A stretch of 64,000 nt of DNA from Torpedo marmorata. Its lineage: Eukaryota. Below, piece by piece: positions 37,391 through 51,519 of the stretch. The stretch lies in NCBI GenBank assembly GCA_977017645.1, contig OZ360222.1:129766001-129830000 (forward strand), in the 5' to 3' direction. The notes below the pieces were generated by a model. It was not told the origin of the DNA. It ran no database searches and worked only from the letters and a program-made list of their open reading frames with translations. Within the stretch, counting starts at the first letter, position 1. Every line of letters begins with the position of its first letter. The translations under genes and the position numbers were made by a program.

Positions 37391-38691
37391 TATTGTATTT
37401 GTCAAGAATTATATTGATAGTAATGAATACAAATGATACCACAATGATGATACTCAAAAATACGTAACACAATGTTTTGATGCCAAATATGTGAAAGCAA
37501 TAAATGCTGAACAGAATGCAAGACCAAGTACAAGTTTTGTTTGGAGAAGTATCCACCAGAATTACTAGCACCTGGAGTGAATACATCAAAGTTGGGTGCA
37601 CTTCACAGTGAAGAATTCAGTTAACAGAAAGACCAAGTTGCTTGAATTTATGACTATAATATGATGCAAACTCATCACCTAATTTGGGGAAGCCTTATGG
37701 AGTATGTATAATGTTACTTTCAAGAACTATGTACCAGGTGAGATAACATGAATGTTTATTGCACCAGGCACTGCTGTTAGTTGAGAGTTATTGCCTTCAG
37801 AAAGGATGCCCTGTTGATAGTTCTACTTCTGCAATTAGCTCAGAACAGGAACAGGGCCTTTGGCCCACGGTGTCTGCACTGACCACAATGCAAATTAAAT
37901 CTCTTCTGGCTGCACATGATCCATATCTCTCTATTCCCTGCATACACACAAGTCTATCCAGAATATTCTTGCATGCTTCCACCACGCTAACAGAAAGAAA
38001 CTAGAGAGACACTAAATGCTACTCATCTTCAAAATCTTTCTTCTTAAACAATTCCTCATGATTAAAATGACTTGTTCTGTGGGCTCAGAGATAACTGATG
38101 AGGCCAATTGAACCCATAGATTTTACCACAATGATTGGTGGGACAGGCAGGCAGATACTTTGAGAGGTGACACACAGGATCATTTTTGAGAACAGGCAGT
38201 GCCCTGTTCGAACAACTCACCCAAATGCAGCACCTTCAATAGTGCAGCCATTCGTCAGTAGTGATCTGAAGAGTCAGACGATTTTTCTACTCAAATAATA
38301 TTTTTTGTTTTACTTCCCTCACCTAACCTATTCATAATTTTTCTGTACATGCTAAATCTTCATCAACATACGCCAATAAAACTTGAGTCAGGATTCAGGA
38401 ATTTGAGCCTGAGGAGTTTGCCCAGACAAAGCTGCTTAAATTCAAACAATAAATATTTCTTCCTCAAAACCTTTCACTGTATTATTTGAATGGGATAATG
38501 CAATGACAAAATGCTTTTGATTAATTTTGCAGATGCAAATTCTTCCTGGCTTTACTAGGAAGATTGTTCTTCACAATGCAAGTGGCTGCTGCTGGAACAA
38601 TGTGCTTAGCCTTTGATGTCTGTCTCTAGGCAACAAGAGAAGCCCTGCTATCCTTGTTGCACATCTGCACTACTGCATTTAATAAGGATCT

Positions 38692-39235
38692 AAGATTCAA
38701 GATTCAATTTATTGTCATGCAATAAAACAGTGTCATATTACACAAAATTGCTTTTGCCTGCTGTAAGGCAGACAGATTCGCCATCGGCAGAAATTGCCTG
38801 AAGCGCTTCTTACAGTCAGAGAAAGATAAGCAAAAGAGAGTCCCCCTAGAGTCACCCAGTGTTCGTAGATTCGCCTCCAGCGCCTCCGCAGCCTCACAGA
38901 GTCCAGTCCAAACCATTGGCAACCCGAGCTCCAGATCCGAACCTCCGATACGGTCAGGAACCCTTCAGCGTCTTCAGCACCCCCTCGCAACCTGGTTCCG
39001 ATACCTGGTACCCCTTCAGCCAGTTCAAGCCAGTCTCCAGCAGTCCGCAGCCCGGCGCGAGTCTCCCGTCAGCAGTCTCCAGCAGCCCACAGCCTGCGCG
39101 GTTTCCTCGCCTCGAGTCGCCAGCAGCCTGCCGCATGCACTGGTCTTTCAGCCGCAGAGCCCCCTCACTGGTCTTCCGCCGTGGTCACCGTCCTGTGGGT
39201 CGTCTCCTCTGCTTCTCCTTCTCAGACGGGGGATG
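38692..39235 (-). mobile_element. Element X, 5'-truncated copy
   Basis: Reverse complement of ~33465-33967; tail aagattcaagattcaatttattgtcatg. Confidence 0.88.
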
Positions 39236-39949
39236 AGGGCAGCATAACTAAAAATTGAATCTGATTTCTCTGGGGCTAAGCAGCAAACTAGAACCTGCAT
39301 ACTATCATGAGAGAGAAATGCAAGGAAAACCTGTGCTGAGTGCCTGAAATACAGTGCAATCAATAATACTGTCCTTTTCAAACAGTAGTGAAAAGTTTTT
39401 GAGGTACAAACCATTTTTATATAGGCAAGTTTCACTTTGAAATTAAACAGCTTTCTCCATGCAGGTTCCTAAGGGTCACATCCCTGAATCCTGACTCCAG
39501 TTTTACTGGCCCACACTTTACACTGTCGGACACCTCAAACATGCTTTTTAAAAAAAATAGTGTGGAGCTGCTTTCAAATATTGACACATTCTCACATTAG
39601 CAAATATCAACAGACTACGAACCTCTGCAAATATTGACACTATCCAAGGAAACCACCACCAGCCCCCTGTATCATGGCTTAACATGCAAGATAGCATAAT
39701 CTCCCAGGAGATAAATACCTTTGCAGAAATTATCGAACATGGTTACAACAAAACATAGGATATCCCCTGTCAGTAAGTGGTCCATAGATTAAAAAGCAAA
39801 TGCAGCTCAATCTATTTCAGTTGACTGTGTAATCTATACATTGGCATTACACAAGCCTACATAATTCCATAGTCATGTTTCCAAGGCAGTGGGGATAATT
39901 TGTAGCTGAGTGATCACTAACTTTAAACTTCTTATTTTTGTTTTCAATC

Positions 39950-40295
39950 GTCCTCCCCATCTCTGTAATCTGCTACATCCCTTTCACCTGCTGAGATATG
40001 ATGTGCCCCCAATTGAGGCGTCTTTAGCTTCCCTGATATTAACTGCTCCATGACTAGTGAGTGCTTCCACCTGCCAAAGCCTGAAACTCTGGGAATTCCT
40101 TCCCAAAACATCTTTGTCCATCTCTCCTTCCTTTAAATACACTTTGAAAACTACCTCTTTGACCAAGTTGTTGGTCATCAATACTGATAACTATTTAGTG
40201 TTGTGGTATTAAATTTTGCTTGACAAGAGTTCCATGAAACACTTCAATTTCATTACAATGTTACAACCACAACATAAATGCAAGTTACTGTTGCA
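39950..40295 (+). mobile_element. Old L2-like 3' end
   Basis: ctctgggaattccttccc...aaaactacctctttgaccaag...ataaatgcaagtt resembles L2 3' UTRs. Confidence 0.45.
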
Positions 40296-41359
40296 ACTGC
40301 TGCACATACTCTGAATTCTGATTGCTAAAAAGTCTAACAAAATCAATCTGCTCCTTAAATTTGGGGTAGATTCAGGGAATAAGAATGCTTACCAATAAAG
40401 GAAGACCAACATTTCCCTATATCAACTTTTACAATGTAAAGCTTATCCAAAAGTTATTTGAGGGGCTACTTAGAGCTAACCATTAGTCTCGCATAAAACA
40501 CAACAGTGAATTTCTGCACAGTTACCTGTGAAATTCCAATGAACTAAACAAGATGATCTGTGATTAAGTTTTGCAAGGTACAATCCAAATCTTTCCTTGT
40601 ATTGCAGGCACTTAGTTTATTTGTCACCTAAAGGCCAAAGCAAAAGGCACAGAGGTTATTTAAAGTTTGACCATAAAATGGCCTTGGCATCCCTCTAAAT
40701 CACAAAGCAATTGAAATGAAACATTGTTTTTAATCAGCTATTGACCTTCCTCTTGGATAGTAATGTGTGACGATCGAACAAGTCAATGTCCAGACAAATA
40801 TACTGAAGATAACAAAGGGTTGAATAAATAAAGTTTTGCTAGGTTGTATTTGAGTTACGTTTTAAAAATCTCTTGAAACCTTCCCCAGGGAAAAAAAAAC
40901 ATAGTTTGCTTTGAGAGGAATTGGGCAAGGGGTAGAAATAATTTGCAAGTTCATTTTCTGAAAGCTTTTTGGCCGAATTAATGTGGCATTCAAAGAATAG
41001 TCTTCCTTCATGCTTCTTGTATGCCAAGTGCCGATCAAGAGGATTAGATTTCATTTAAATGTTGATGCAATCTAATATTATTTATAGCCCAAGGACTCTA
41101 CTGTCTAAATATGTTATGTTCTCCAATTTTTATTTTCTATTTCATTGTTAGCAAGTTAGATTTGCAAATAGTAATTCCACTGATTAATAAGGAGCATGCT
41201 TTAGCAAATGAAAAGTCGAATCTATCAACTGTTATCTCAAGACTTGTTCACTTTTCACAACCACCACCACTCCCCCTGCTTTGACTCCCTCTAGTGTCTG
41301 AAATGTATTCGCCTGTGCATGAATCAAGCGTCTTACCTCATCCAAGTCCTGCCTACCTG

Positions 41360-41618
41360 TGACCTCATCAGTCTATTCAATTACTGCTGGACAAAGCTTT
41401 AACTTCAGAATTTCTGGAGCGCTCTACTTGTCTGACTACTCCCACTCGTAACAGTGCACAAGGACTGAATGGGAATGGTACAAGGCAGAGATTCCCTCTG
41501 TTTTTGCTGTTTGGTTTCAAACAGACAAATTGATGGCTTCCTATCCTTTCTCTTAAACTGGAATAATTAACTGGTGTTTTCACAGATGGTGGATGCTTGA
41601 AGTTTTTAAACGGTAAGT
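41360..41618 (+). promoter_or_regulatory. Candidate FLRT3 promoter / first non-coding exon
   Basis: CRE-like tgacctca followed by Inr-like tcagtc (~41360-41373); consensus donor ACG|GTAAGT at 41613; unique sequence 13 kb upstream of the coding exon. Inference only. Confidence 0.35.
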
Positions 41619-41677
41619 GTTTGTTGTTACATTCATAACAAGGATTAGAAATAGCATAATAATAACAACGTGTACTT

Positions 41678-41681
<4 letters not shown>

Positions 41682-41714
<33 letters not shown>
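41682..41714. repeat. (TA)n microsatellite with short (CA) tail
   Basis: Direct observation. Confidence 0.95.
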
Positions 41715-41715
<1 letters not shown>

Positions 41716-44700
41716 GGGTGTGAATAAGGCTACCTTCGAATTTTAATTCTGATAGTTGCAAACAATCAATAGGATTTCAGCACTAGTATATTAAAGCAGA
41801 AAACGTAAAGAATCATTACTTAATGAATTTGAACAGGTTTAAAATCGAGACAATCAAAGAGAGAGAATAACAAATACATTTTTGCACCAAAGTAATAATA
41901 ACATTGAAGTAAAGATACAGATTTATTACTCTATCCTTTTTAAATTCTCAGCATTCCCTTATCTTTATTGGTTCCTACAACACTTCTGTTTGGGGTGTCT
42001 TCCAGGTTATTTAACCTTGTAGGGTGAAAAATTGAAACTGATGAAAAAAATCATCAGTGGATAGTGAAGCGTATCACCTTAACTATTCAGTCACATTTAA
42101 AACCTTGTAACGCAAGGCAACAGTTTTTACTGTGTAGAATCGTGCTTTCTTCATCTCAGCATTTTCAAGTACCTTTACCAAACTGATAGCAAAACATATT
42201 TTCTTGAAAGGAAACATCTATTCATACTTTTCTTTTCATACTTGTATGCACAGTATCAACAACTCACCAGTAGAAAATAAAAAAAAATCACAAAAATGCT
42301 CAGAAAACAGAATAATACCATTTGATTTAATGCCACTGCAATAAACAAACTATTCAGGTCAACATCAGTTTTAGTCAGAAACAAACTGGCAGAAATCCTT
42401 GCAATCCTTACTGGATTTTGGTCATTGTGTTATCACGATTTAGCTCGAGTCGCCTAACCAGAATAATTCGGCCGTAAAGTTTTTTTTTCTTGCGTGACCA
42501 GTCTGAACATGACAACAAGTCATAGCTACTTGCACGTATTGTGAAGTCTAGCTACTAGTATTGGGCTCAAAGTTTTGCAGTTTTATTTTCAAGATGGGTA
42601 AAATCACATTTTTCTCCAAGATATTTTTAGACAAATATTCTCACATTCTTCTACGATTATTACTTGTGGGCTCTGGTTGACAGAAGACAATGGAGAAAAT
42701 CACTGGAGTATTGAACTAAACACAGCACGATTATATCCAACGTGAATAGAGAAGGTTTGAGTTCAGCCTTCTCTTTTATTGAACCACACCACCTCTTCCC
42801 TCTTCTGCATCTTCCACCACCCACCGTAACACCCAAATTCACAAACCAGAGGAAAATCTCCAATCATTCAACATCCACAGCCTCAGGTAGTGTACTTCAA
42901 CAAAGGGTTTATTATTTAACTGTCGGGACCAAAACACAATTATAAATTACTCCCAACTGTGTACAAAACTGGCAGCTGTACAAAGAGAAAGCAGGAGTTT
43001 AAGCAAGCTTCTCTCTGATAAAAATGCATCAATGGCTGAAGTCTGGAACAGCGGAGTAAACAGCACAGGAAGTTACGCTGAAAGAAATCAACTGCCCGGC
43101 AATTCTTTTTTTTTCAAACAAAAGACTGCTGTAGATTCTTTTGACAGAAGATTTTGTCCCAATTAAAGCAATTTAAAATGAACACCACCAGTAAGCATTG
43201 ATTTGAGGGATTATCAGGAGGGCATCTTCCAGTACCTACCACCCCCAAGTGGGCAAAAGCCATATTGGATAAAATGGAACCACTTCCAACCACAGAAAAT
43301 AAAATCTCATCCTTGCAAGGAAGAAAAACATGAGAGTCTTTGACCTCATCTATGAACATGCTGTCAAGCCAGCTTGTTTTGATTAGCTAAATCTGGAAGA
43401 AATTTAGTATCTTGAAACTTTTAGGCCACAAAATTCCAATTAAAAAGGGTATTACCTGATTTTGCATGCTTGAACTTCATTCTGACATGATTTGTTTTCA
43501 AACACAATGTTTGAATTTCATGCAATCCTTTTTTGGACTATTTTAAATAAAATGAGTAATGTAAGTAAAATGTCTGATCCTCGAATTAAATATCTAAATT
43601 AAAATCAGAATTCTAGCATGCTATTTGTAGCAAAGTCGGGAAACATGATATTTAAAACTTTATTCAAAAATATGGAACCCAACAATAACACAATTGTTTA
43701 CAACCAGCAAAAAAAACACAAATAATAATTTAAAAAAGATCAATTAATGCCACAGGAGCTATTACCTTGCAAAGTAACAAATTTAATAATGCAAGACAAT
43801 AATGTACAGGATGTGAAAGGCAGACACACAGAGGAAAAAAATCACATATTTAATAAGAGATAATTAGAACACTGAATTGAAGAAGCTCTCACACATTTCC
43901 AAGTCATCAGTTAACTTCTTTGTACAAGCTGGCTTCAGATTTCAGGACTAGTGCAATCTTTTAATGGTGAAAACACTGAAAAAATTAGGTCTGAACAAAG
44001 GATATCAGTTGAAATAAGGAGAAAAAAAGTGACAGAAAGAATGTCACCATTTAATGGATGGCATTTCATTTTCCAAGCATAGCATACTGTCAGGTCTTCT
44101 GGAGAACCAGTGGAGAATGGTTTAACTTTGCTTGTGGTATTTCATTTGGAGTTCATAAGGAGAAAAAAAAACCAAAAAGCTCCCCTGTACTTGAGGCACA
44201 AACCCTGTCTTTGTTCTCTCCTTTGATGTTTATAGGTACAAGATCCTTAGAAATAAAGCAAGTAACACTTATTGAATAGTCTGCACTATGGAAACTTCAC
44301 TGTTTTGCATAAACTGCAACTGTAAATATTTATTTATCTATCCTTTTATATTTATCTCTTTCTGTCTCATGAATGCATTACAGTAACTTGTTGTTGGGAT
44401 ATCTGGCGTATCTATGTGGCGGAAGCAAGTTAGAATTTTGATGGATCTGTACATTGTACTTGTGTACATGACAATAAGCTCTCATATCAAATAGTGCTAA
44501 AGACCATAAGTGCCACATAGCCAGTGGTAAGAAACTTGCCACAATGGAGAAAATACAAAAGCATGATGTGCTTATTCTAAGATCTGTGGGCAAATTTCAC
44601 AGTTTTAAGATTGGTTATCATGACAAAATTGAATTAAATTTGCAGGATAACACTAACCATGTTAAAATACCTCAAGTATAAAATCTGCTTCTGAAAGTTA

Positions 44701-45649
44701 ATGTGTGTGTTTTTGCTCACAAATTTAATCAGTTCCTACTCCAGAGAAACGTACATCCACAACCTTCAGCTATAGTACTTAGCAATCAACACAATTAATA
44801 TCACATTGATACCCTGAAGAACATACCCAGCTGTAAATTGATTGTACTCAGAATGAAAGAAGTTCCAGGGAGTCTGTTGGAGCACTGGCACTTAATACTT
44901 GCCACAAGAAACTGACACTATCAGTTATTCCACTGTTCAACTGCACAGTGATAACTGAAAAGATAACATGCCATTTGTTTTTAGAAATACTCAATTTAAC
45001 AATGACTTGTGAAATTAATGAAGCAATCATGAGGTCTGTTCATAGTTAACCTCTGCTCACAACCAACGCCAAAATGCGGTAATGAAATTAATGCACTGTT
45101 GTTCAAAAACAAGCATGTTCTCTTCTATCAATAGCATAATTTCCCAGATTAAGGAGCTCCAAAAATCCAGAGGCAAAATCTCATATTTGAATGTAATTGG
45201 AAGCTTCTTCATTTTTTTGCAATGGGGAAACTGCCATCCACCAAGGTCAAGAGGAGGTTAAAAATAGATGGTGGGGAAGCATACCAACTTCTTATGAGGT
45301 GTTATTGCAAGCCAAGTAAAGACCAAAACCTCTTTTGAAAAGGGGATCGATATTTCTCCAAAGACAGCTTTTCTGTAAACTACAAATGCACTAGTTCAGG
45401 CATGATAGTCGACAGATTCATAATTGCAAAATAAACCAAAAACCAATTCAAACGTATTGCAAAAATAGCTGTTTAGTATTTCTATAAAGATGTTCAACTT
45501 TATTAGAAAAATTGAAATGATATATTGTGAAAAATGATGAACATTCACACAGCACTGGTGACCATTACAATAAAGCAGAACAGCCTATATCTTAACAAAT
45601 CAGAAAGGATCATCCTTTGCCAACAATGAGATTTTTTTTTTGTAAGTAA

Positions 45650-45850
45650 AAGATTTAAAGATTTCAAAGATTTCAGATTTATTGTCAGAGTACAATACAT
45701 GACATCACATACAACCCTGAGATTCCTTTTTCCTGCGGGCGCGGCAGAATTACCACTAATTGGTAGTGCAAAAGTAAACATTACACAGCGTAAACATGTA
45801 AACAAATAAAAACTGTAAACAGATAATGAATGTAAACAAACTGACTGTCA
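45650..45850 (-). mobile_element. Retroelement 3' UTR fragment (Rex/L2-type tail)
   Basis: Reverse complement ends gtactctgacaataaatctgaaatctttgaaatc; related piece at 18605-18660. Confidence 0.6.
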
Positions 45851-46324
45851 AAAAACAAAAAGACATACAAGCATATCTAATCGCTGTGCACATAAAACAT
45901 TTCAACGAAACATCAAAAATAGTTTTCCTCCCATTCAATATGATACATTTAGATTCCTTCCAGTTTCTGTACAGACCCCATAATCAAGACTAAACTGTCA
46001 ACCCGTAACTTTTTTTTTTGCCATTTATTATCCTTGACAACGCTCACTGTAAAAGACATGCATTAATCTACTGCAGCTCAGGAAAAAAAACCAGATGGGT
46101 TATTACATGCAGCAGGAAATAAAAAGTGAACTGTTTAGGAATGAAAAGTAATTCTGCCATGATCATTAGCTTTTGCAGGCTACTGATAAGATGCTGACAG
46201 GCCTGTTGGATCAAACTATTTTTCTTACTAATTTGAACATGTACTTAATATATTGTACCACCTTGCATTGGATGAACTGCATCCTATTGATGATGGTGTA
46301 TTCATTAATGATCCTATATTTATA

Positions 46325-46501
46325 CAGTGGTGGCCAACCTTTTAATTTTTAATTTAGACATACAGCACGGTAACACGCCATTTCGGCCCACAAGTACGTA
46401 CCGGGGGTGTAGGTTAATTGGGCGACACGGACCCGTGGGCCGAAATGGCCTGTTACTGTGCTGAATGTCTAAATTAAAAATTAAAAGGTTGGCCACCCCT
46501 G
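46325..46501. mobile_element. Palindromic hAT/Charlie-type MITE (177 bp)
   Basis: Termini CAGTGGTGGCCAACC / GGTTGGCCACCCCTG; inverted arms of ~67 bp; no clean TSD. Confidence 0.8.
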
Positions 46502-47389
46502 ATCTAGTATATCATTAAATTATGAACCTTTACGAAGTACATATACTGGAACGCTGGAAGATTTAAAATAAGGTTTACGGGTAACTAAGACTCGCTTACA
46601 TGCAGCACAACATGGGTCTGAGACAATAAAGGCTACACATTCCAAATGAGTATGCCTGATTATTTATTTCTTTGAGGCAATAATTCCATAGTGAAGTTTA
46701 ATCTTTCCTGGAAGTGATTGAACTATAATGCAGTGCCTGTATGCCAAGAAAAGTACGGCAAGGCAAGTGCTCTCACTGGCACTACAGAATCATTTCCATT
46801 GGTGTCAACATACAAAGCACAAAGGCTGTCTATAGAAGTGGGAAGATGTGTAAATTACAACAGAGAAACTTGTCACAATGAAGAAGAAGAATAGATACAA
46901 TTTAGCGGGATAAAAACTGAAGCCCTTAAACAACTGCTCTTGCCCTGCAGCATCGTGCTAAATGTATTACTAATAATAATGGATGTAACAAAACAAGTGC
47001 CTCAAGCAACTCTGCAGAAATGATAGAGGGTTAAAAAGGGAATACTTTCAGAGATCTTTAGATAAAACACAACACACGTGAAAGAATTATTGCTTTTTTT
47101 TTCATTTTTATTGGAGAATTAGAGTGCATAGTGTGCATTAATTATTTAAGTAAAATTGTTTCCTTTGTGCTTTAATGGTTTTGTGTTTTGTTTTAATTGT
47201 TTTGTTTGTTTGTTGTACCATAGTCTAAAAGGGAGCACTTTTGCCTGACAAGAGTGAACTAAACCAAATGTCTCCTTATTGGCTTACTTTGAAAGAAAGC
47301 ACGAATAATTAAGTCGACTGTTCTTTTGATTGAAATTTTTTTTTTTTAAAAACTACATCCTTGTGCTTTTCACTTCTACTTGGCACTTG

Positions 47390-47543
47390 CCATCAGACTT
47401 CAACAATAATTAACAGATTTCCTTAAACAAAATCAGCCAACACCGTGTGCCTGGCATGGCTCTTTGGGATTAGGTGACAGTGCCTGCACAAAGAGGGTTA
47501 ATTAAATTTTGTACCACAGACACCGTTACGGTGAATGGTGAGT
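47390..47543 (+). promoter_or_regulatory. Candidate alternative FLRT3 non-coding exon end
   Basis: Consensus donor ATG|GTGAGT at 47538 within unique, motif-rich sequence. Inference only. Confidence 0.25.
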
Positions 47544-50500
47544 GACAGCTTCGGAGTAGGCCAGACCGAGAGAAGCAGCAGGATTCCCCACTTTTATTTG
47601 GTTAGGTTCACTGGAGTTTTCGATAATGCAAAGACATTGATGTGAATGGCAGGGCAAGGCCGGTCAGCATGCAAGTTAAGGGGAGCTTTATGAAAATCAG
47701 AACCATAACAACTAATTTGCAAACTAGAAGCAGTGTCCACTTTCAAAGAATTGTCATGCGTTTTGTCCTGCTACAACTTGGAGCGTAGAAAGAAAAATAA
47801 GTCCTTTGGTACACTGACCTTAATGAGTTTCAGTACTTTAACCAAAACAGACTTTTTGCCATTGGAACAACATTACTGCCAGTGGAGGTTTATGTGACAA
47901 ACATGTTTTAGAAACCAGCTCATTTAAAACTTTTATAAAAATACCATTAGACCTTCAGTGTTCGCAGAATTCTAACTATACTGCAGTAACTAAGTATGGT
48001 TGTTTCACTTTAGGCTCAAATAATTTTGGCATAATTTTGAAAGATTGCCTCACCAAGCAACTTTAGTACACTGGATGTTGAAGCCCTGTCAAGCCACTCC
48101 CAGAGTGCATTAATTGCTATTTGAATCTTTTGATCATGTACCAAAAGATTGTTTTTTTCCCCCACAAGCCCAATATGTTCTGCTTTGCAAAATAAAGTTT
48201 GCAGCAATTGAAACGGCAGATGCAAATTTGCTACTGGTATCTAAGAACTGGTAAATCTTGCTATTTTGAATTTACCAAAAATAAACAATGCGTGTCATAA
48301 TCCTTTATTCCTGACAATCTTTTTTTATTCATTTATGAAGGGTCTATTGGCATACAGAAAAACACAACTAGTAAATCAGTTCAAAAGCCTGGACCATTGG
48401 GATCTATAGGTTTTAGAATAGGTTGCCGATTTATCCCTCAGATGAACCAAATGAACAAGTAAATCATGTCCAAGATAACGTTAATCTTCTTATATTCAAA
48501 TATTTTACCTTGTTCAGCTGCAGAACTCTCAAAAAAAAAAACACAGAACAATTAGAAATACCTAAAATATCCTACACATTAACTACTTGTTTTAAATACT
48601 TTGCAATTCAAAATCTTAACCCTAATGCTAACTTTAGAGACAAGTGTGTTTATTTTTTTTTAATGTATGCTTGTCATTTCTAGCTCTCTCAATAGATGTA
48701 ACTTCCAGTGATTTTAAAACGTGATTTCTGTTGTACGTTTGATCTGAAACTATAGTGAAAAGATGAATCTCTGATTTTATTTTAAGAAGTCTTAAGGCTC
48801 CTGGTTCTGAATCTACCTCACAGTCAGCCAATAGCAACACCAAAGTACTGGCTCTGCTGAGGACAGTATACTAGAAATTTACATCCAGCCTGAGCCATGC
48901 AGCCAATTTTACTCTGCACTGCCATACACCATATGGGAACTGCATAGTGGGAAAGTGGCCATGAAACCACATCTAACAGATGACAGAATAGCAGAGCAGC
49001 AGATACAAAAACAGAATTAGCATTACACTATCTGTTGACCAAACAAACTAGATAATTTCCAATTAATGGAGAAAGAGGTACTTATTTCCCTTCTCTTGTA
49101 TAATCTCCAAACAGAATTGTAACGATAAATTTTAAATATTGCACTCATTCCAAGAGGAAAAAAAACTAGATTATTTAATTTTTTTGGATCAAGCTATGTT
49201 AAGGCAGCATTTACAATAGTTGCACTTAAAACATTTACAATTTACAATAGTTGCAATGAGAAGTCCTCCCATAACTATAATCTACAATTTGACAGAAATA
49301 TCTCTCAAAGAACTAATGTACATTTGTCCTCAAACACAGACTATTAATGTAATCATTCCTGATACCTAGCTGTGAAAGACAATATACAATTGAGCCAGTA
49401 TCTCTCACTTTAAAATTGGATTATCAGTTCTGAACTGAAGATTGTGATCTAATAGATTAAGTGGATGGTAGAAAATGGTCTGTCCTTCTCCCAGCTATCC
49501 TTGTAGTTTGCTCAGGGCAAAGAGCAGAGAACGGGATTGCTCAGATTTGCAAGGTTGTTCAACAGATGAGACTGCACTGACACAATGGACTGAACGGCCA
49601 CAGCCGTTCTATGATTATATTACAATTACATAACAGTAAGTTTCAATTTCAAAAATAAAAATATAATTAAAACACATGAAAGCTACACAGACTCCAGCAT
49701 CCACAGGAAACTAGAGGAGCTCATCTCAGAATTTTTATCCAAATGCATTAAGCCATCAATTGTCTGTACAGATGTTGATGGGCAAGTGTTTAGAAGTCAT
49801 TTTTGATAACATAAGTATCACAAGAATTTCAGAAAATCATTCAAGAATGGAGTAACATTTAATGCACAGGACAATGTGTATATACTGTACAATCACACAT
49901 TTTCAAAACAACAAAACATTTAGAGGGTAAAGAGGGAGCATAAGCACTGTATGCACAATTTAAATTTGGTGAATTACAAAGCAAAAAAAAAAAGCCTGCT
50001 GAACGAAAAGATAAAGAGGTCCTTAAACAATTTAAGATACTTTAAATTGAGAAGCATATTCCAGTAAGTTGTTTGCACATCAGGCATTCTCACAACTCCA
50101 ACTCAAAGCCATCAGTTTTCGTCCCATTTAAAAGACTTGAGTGCAAAATTATCAGCTGATTTCATTACCCCCAAAGCAGTGATGAAGTACTGCTGGAACT
50201 TTTCAGAGATGTCAATGCAACATCATGTCTGCTCTTCCAGATGGATCCAAAGATTCCATGATAGTATTCTAAAAAGGAGTAGGGGAATTATCTCAATATT
50301 ATGGTCAATATTTATCCACAAGTAATACTCACCAAAAACAAATTAATCATCATTATCAAATTGGTGAATAAACGAGTTGACAACGTACATAATCTGACTG
50401 CTCGATCTCCAGCATTCCAACTGTGACTAAGCTCCAAAAGTACTTAATAGCTGTAAAGGAGGTTTGTTACATCCTCAAATAACATTGCTCCACAAATGCA

Positions 50501-50617
50501 AGTCTTGTTTTCTTTCAGTTACATTGCCATGTTGTCAAGTAGCTTCTTAGTGTCTTAGACACAAGATTTAAAGCAGCATGTGCATGAAATTGGACTAATG
50601 CGGTGGCCTTGTGATAA

Positions 50618-50835
50618 ACAAGAAGACTGGATGCTGGAAAACTGGAACAACACAAAGTGCTGGAGGAACTCAAGGATGGTGCGCAGCATCCATAGAAAGC
50701 AATAGATAATTGATGTTTCGGGCCAAAAACCCTTCTATCTGCCCAGTTCTTGCTATTCCTGATGAAGGGAACATTGACTGTGTATTGCTTTCCATGGATG
50801 CTTCCTGACCCACTGAGCATTTTGTGAGTTGCTGG
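50618..50835. mobile_element. Inverted pair of Penelope tails
   Basis: tgctggaggaactca...gcagcatccatagaaagc...tttcgggcc versus ctgatgaaggg...gctttccatggatgct...ctgagc. Confidence 0.7.
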
Positions 50836-51519
50836 TGATCATCATCCAGTTTACCAGAAAAATTCAGTTCTTTCCTAAACTTGGCTGAGAGAACTGAGGT
50901 AATGAAAAATAACTAACAACATCAATTAATTCCAAATGTAAATTTCATTTGAAGTGAATTTGATTAAAGAGATTTTGCTCTTGTAAATTGAACCAAATGT
51001 GCTCATGTAAAGAACATTAAAAAGCATAAACTCTGAGAACGGCAGAATATTGAGGCCTTTTTATCTTTTAAAAACATTCACATTATAATTGTGAGTACAT
51101 GCTTTAAATGACTTGGCCTTCATGCTGGTGTTTCAGCTGTTTGAAGTGGAGTGTCACCAGACCGAGCAAAGCACAAGTTCCAGCCCAGATTCACCTGCCA
51201 ATGATTCGATATAGAAGGAAGGTTGAGAGCAAGATTAATCTTGATCGCATTATCACCTCACGTGATAAGGAATGGTCAGCACTCTGAACACCTTGAATGG
51301 AAGGCATTCAGGAAAGAGACATTTTAAGTACTAGTTTCCATCCTTGGGATTGCAAAGTTTAAAAAAAAAAATCTCGGGTTGCAAAGATGTATGAAAATGC
51401 AATTATTTGTTGGATTATTTTCCCACTTGGCAATTGAATTGATTTATCCCAATATCATTTTGGAGTCACAAAAATAATGTTCCTGTGTTTCATTAATGCA
51501 AAGGAAGACTAAATATCAG

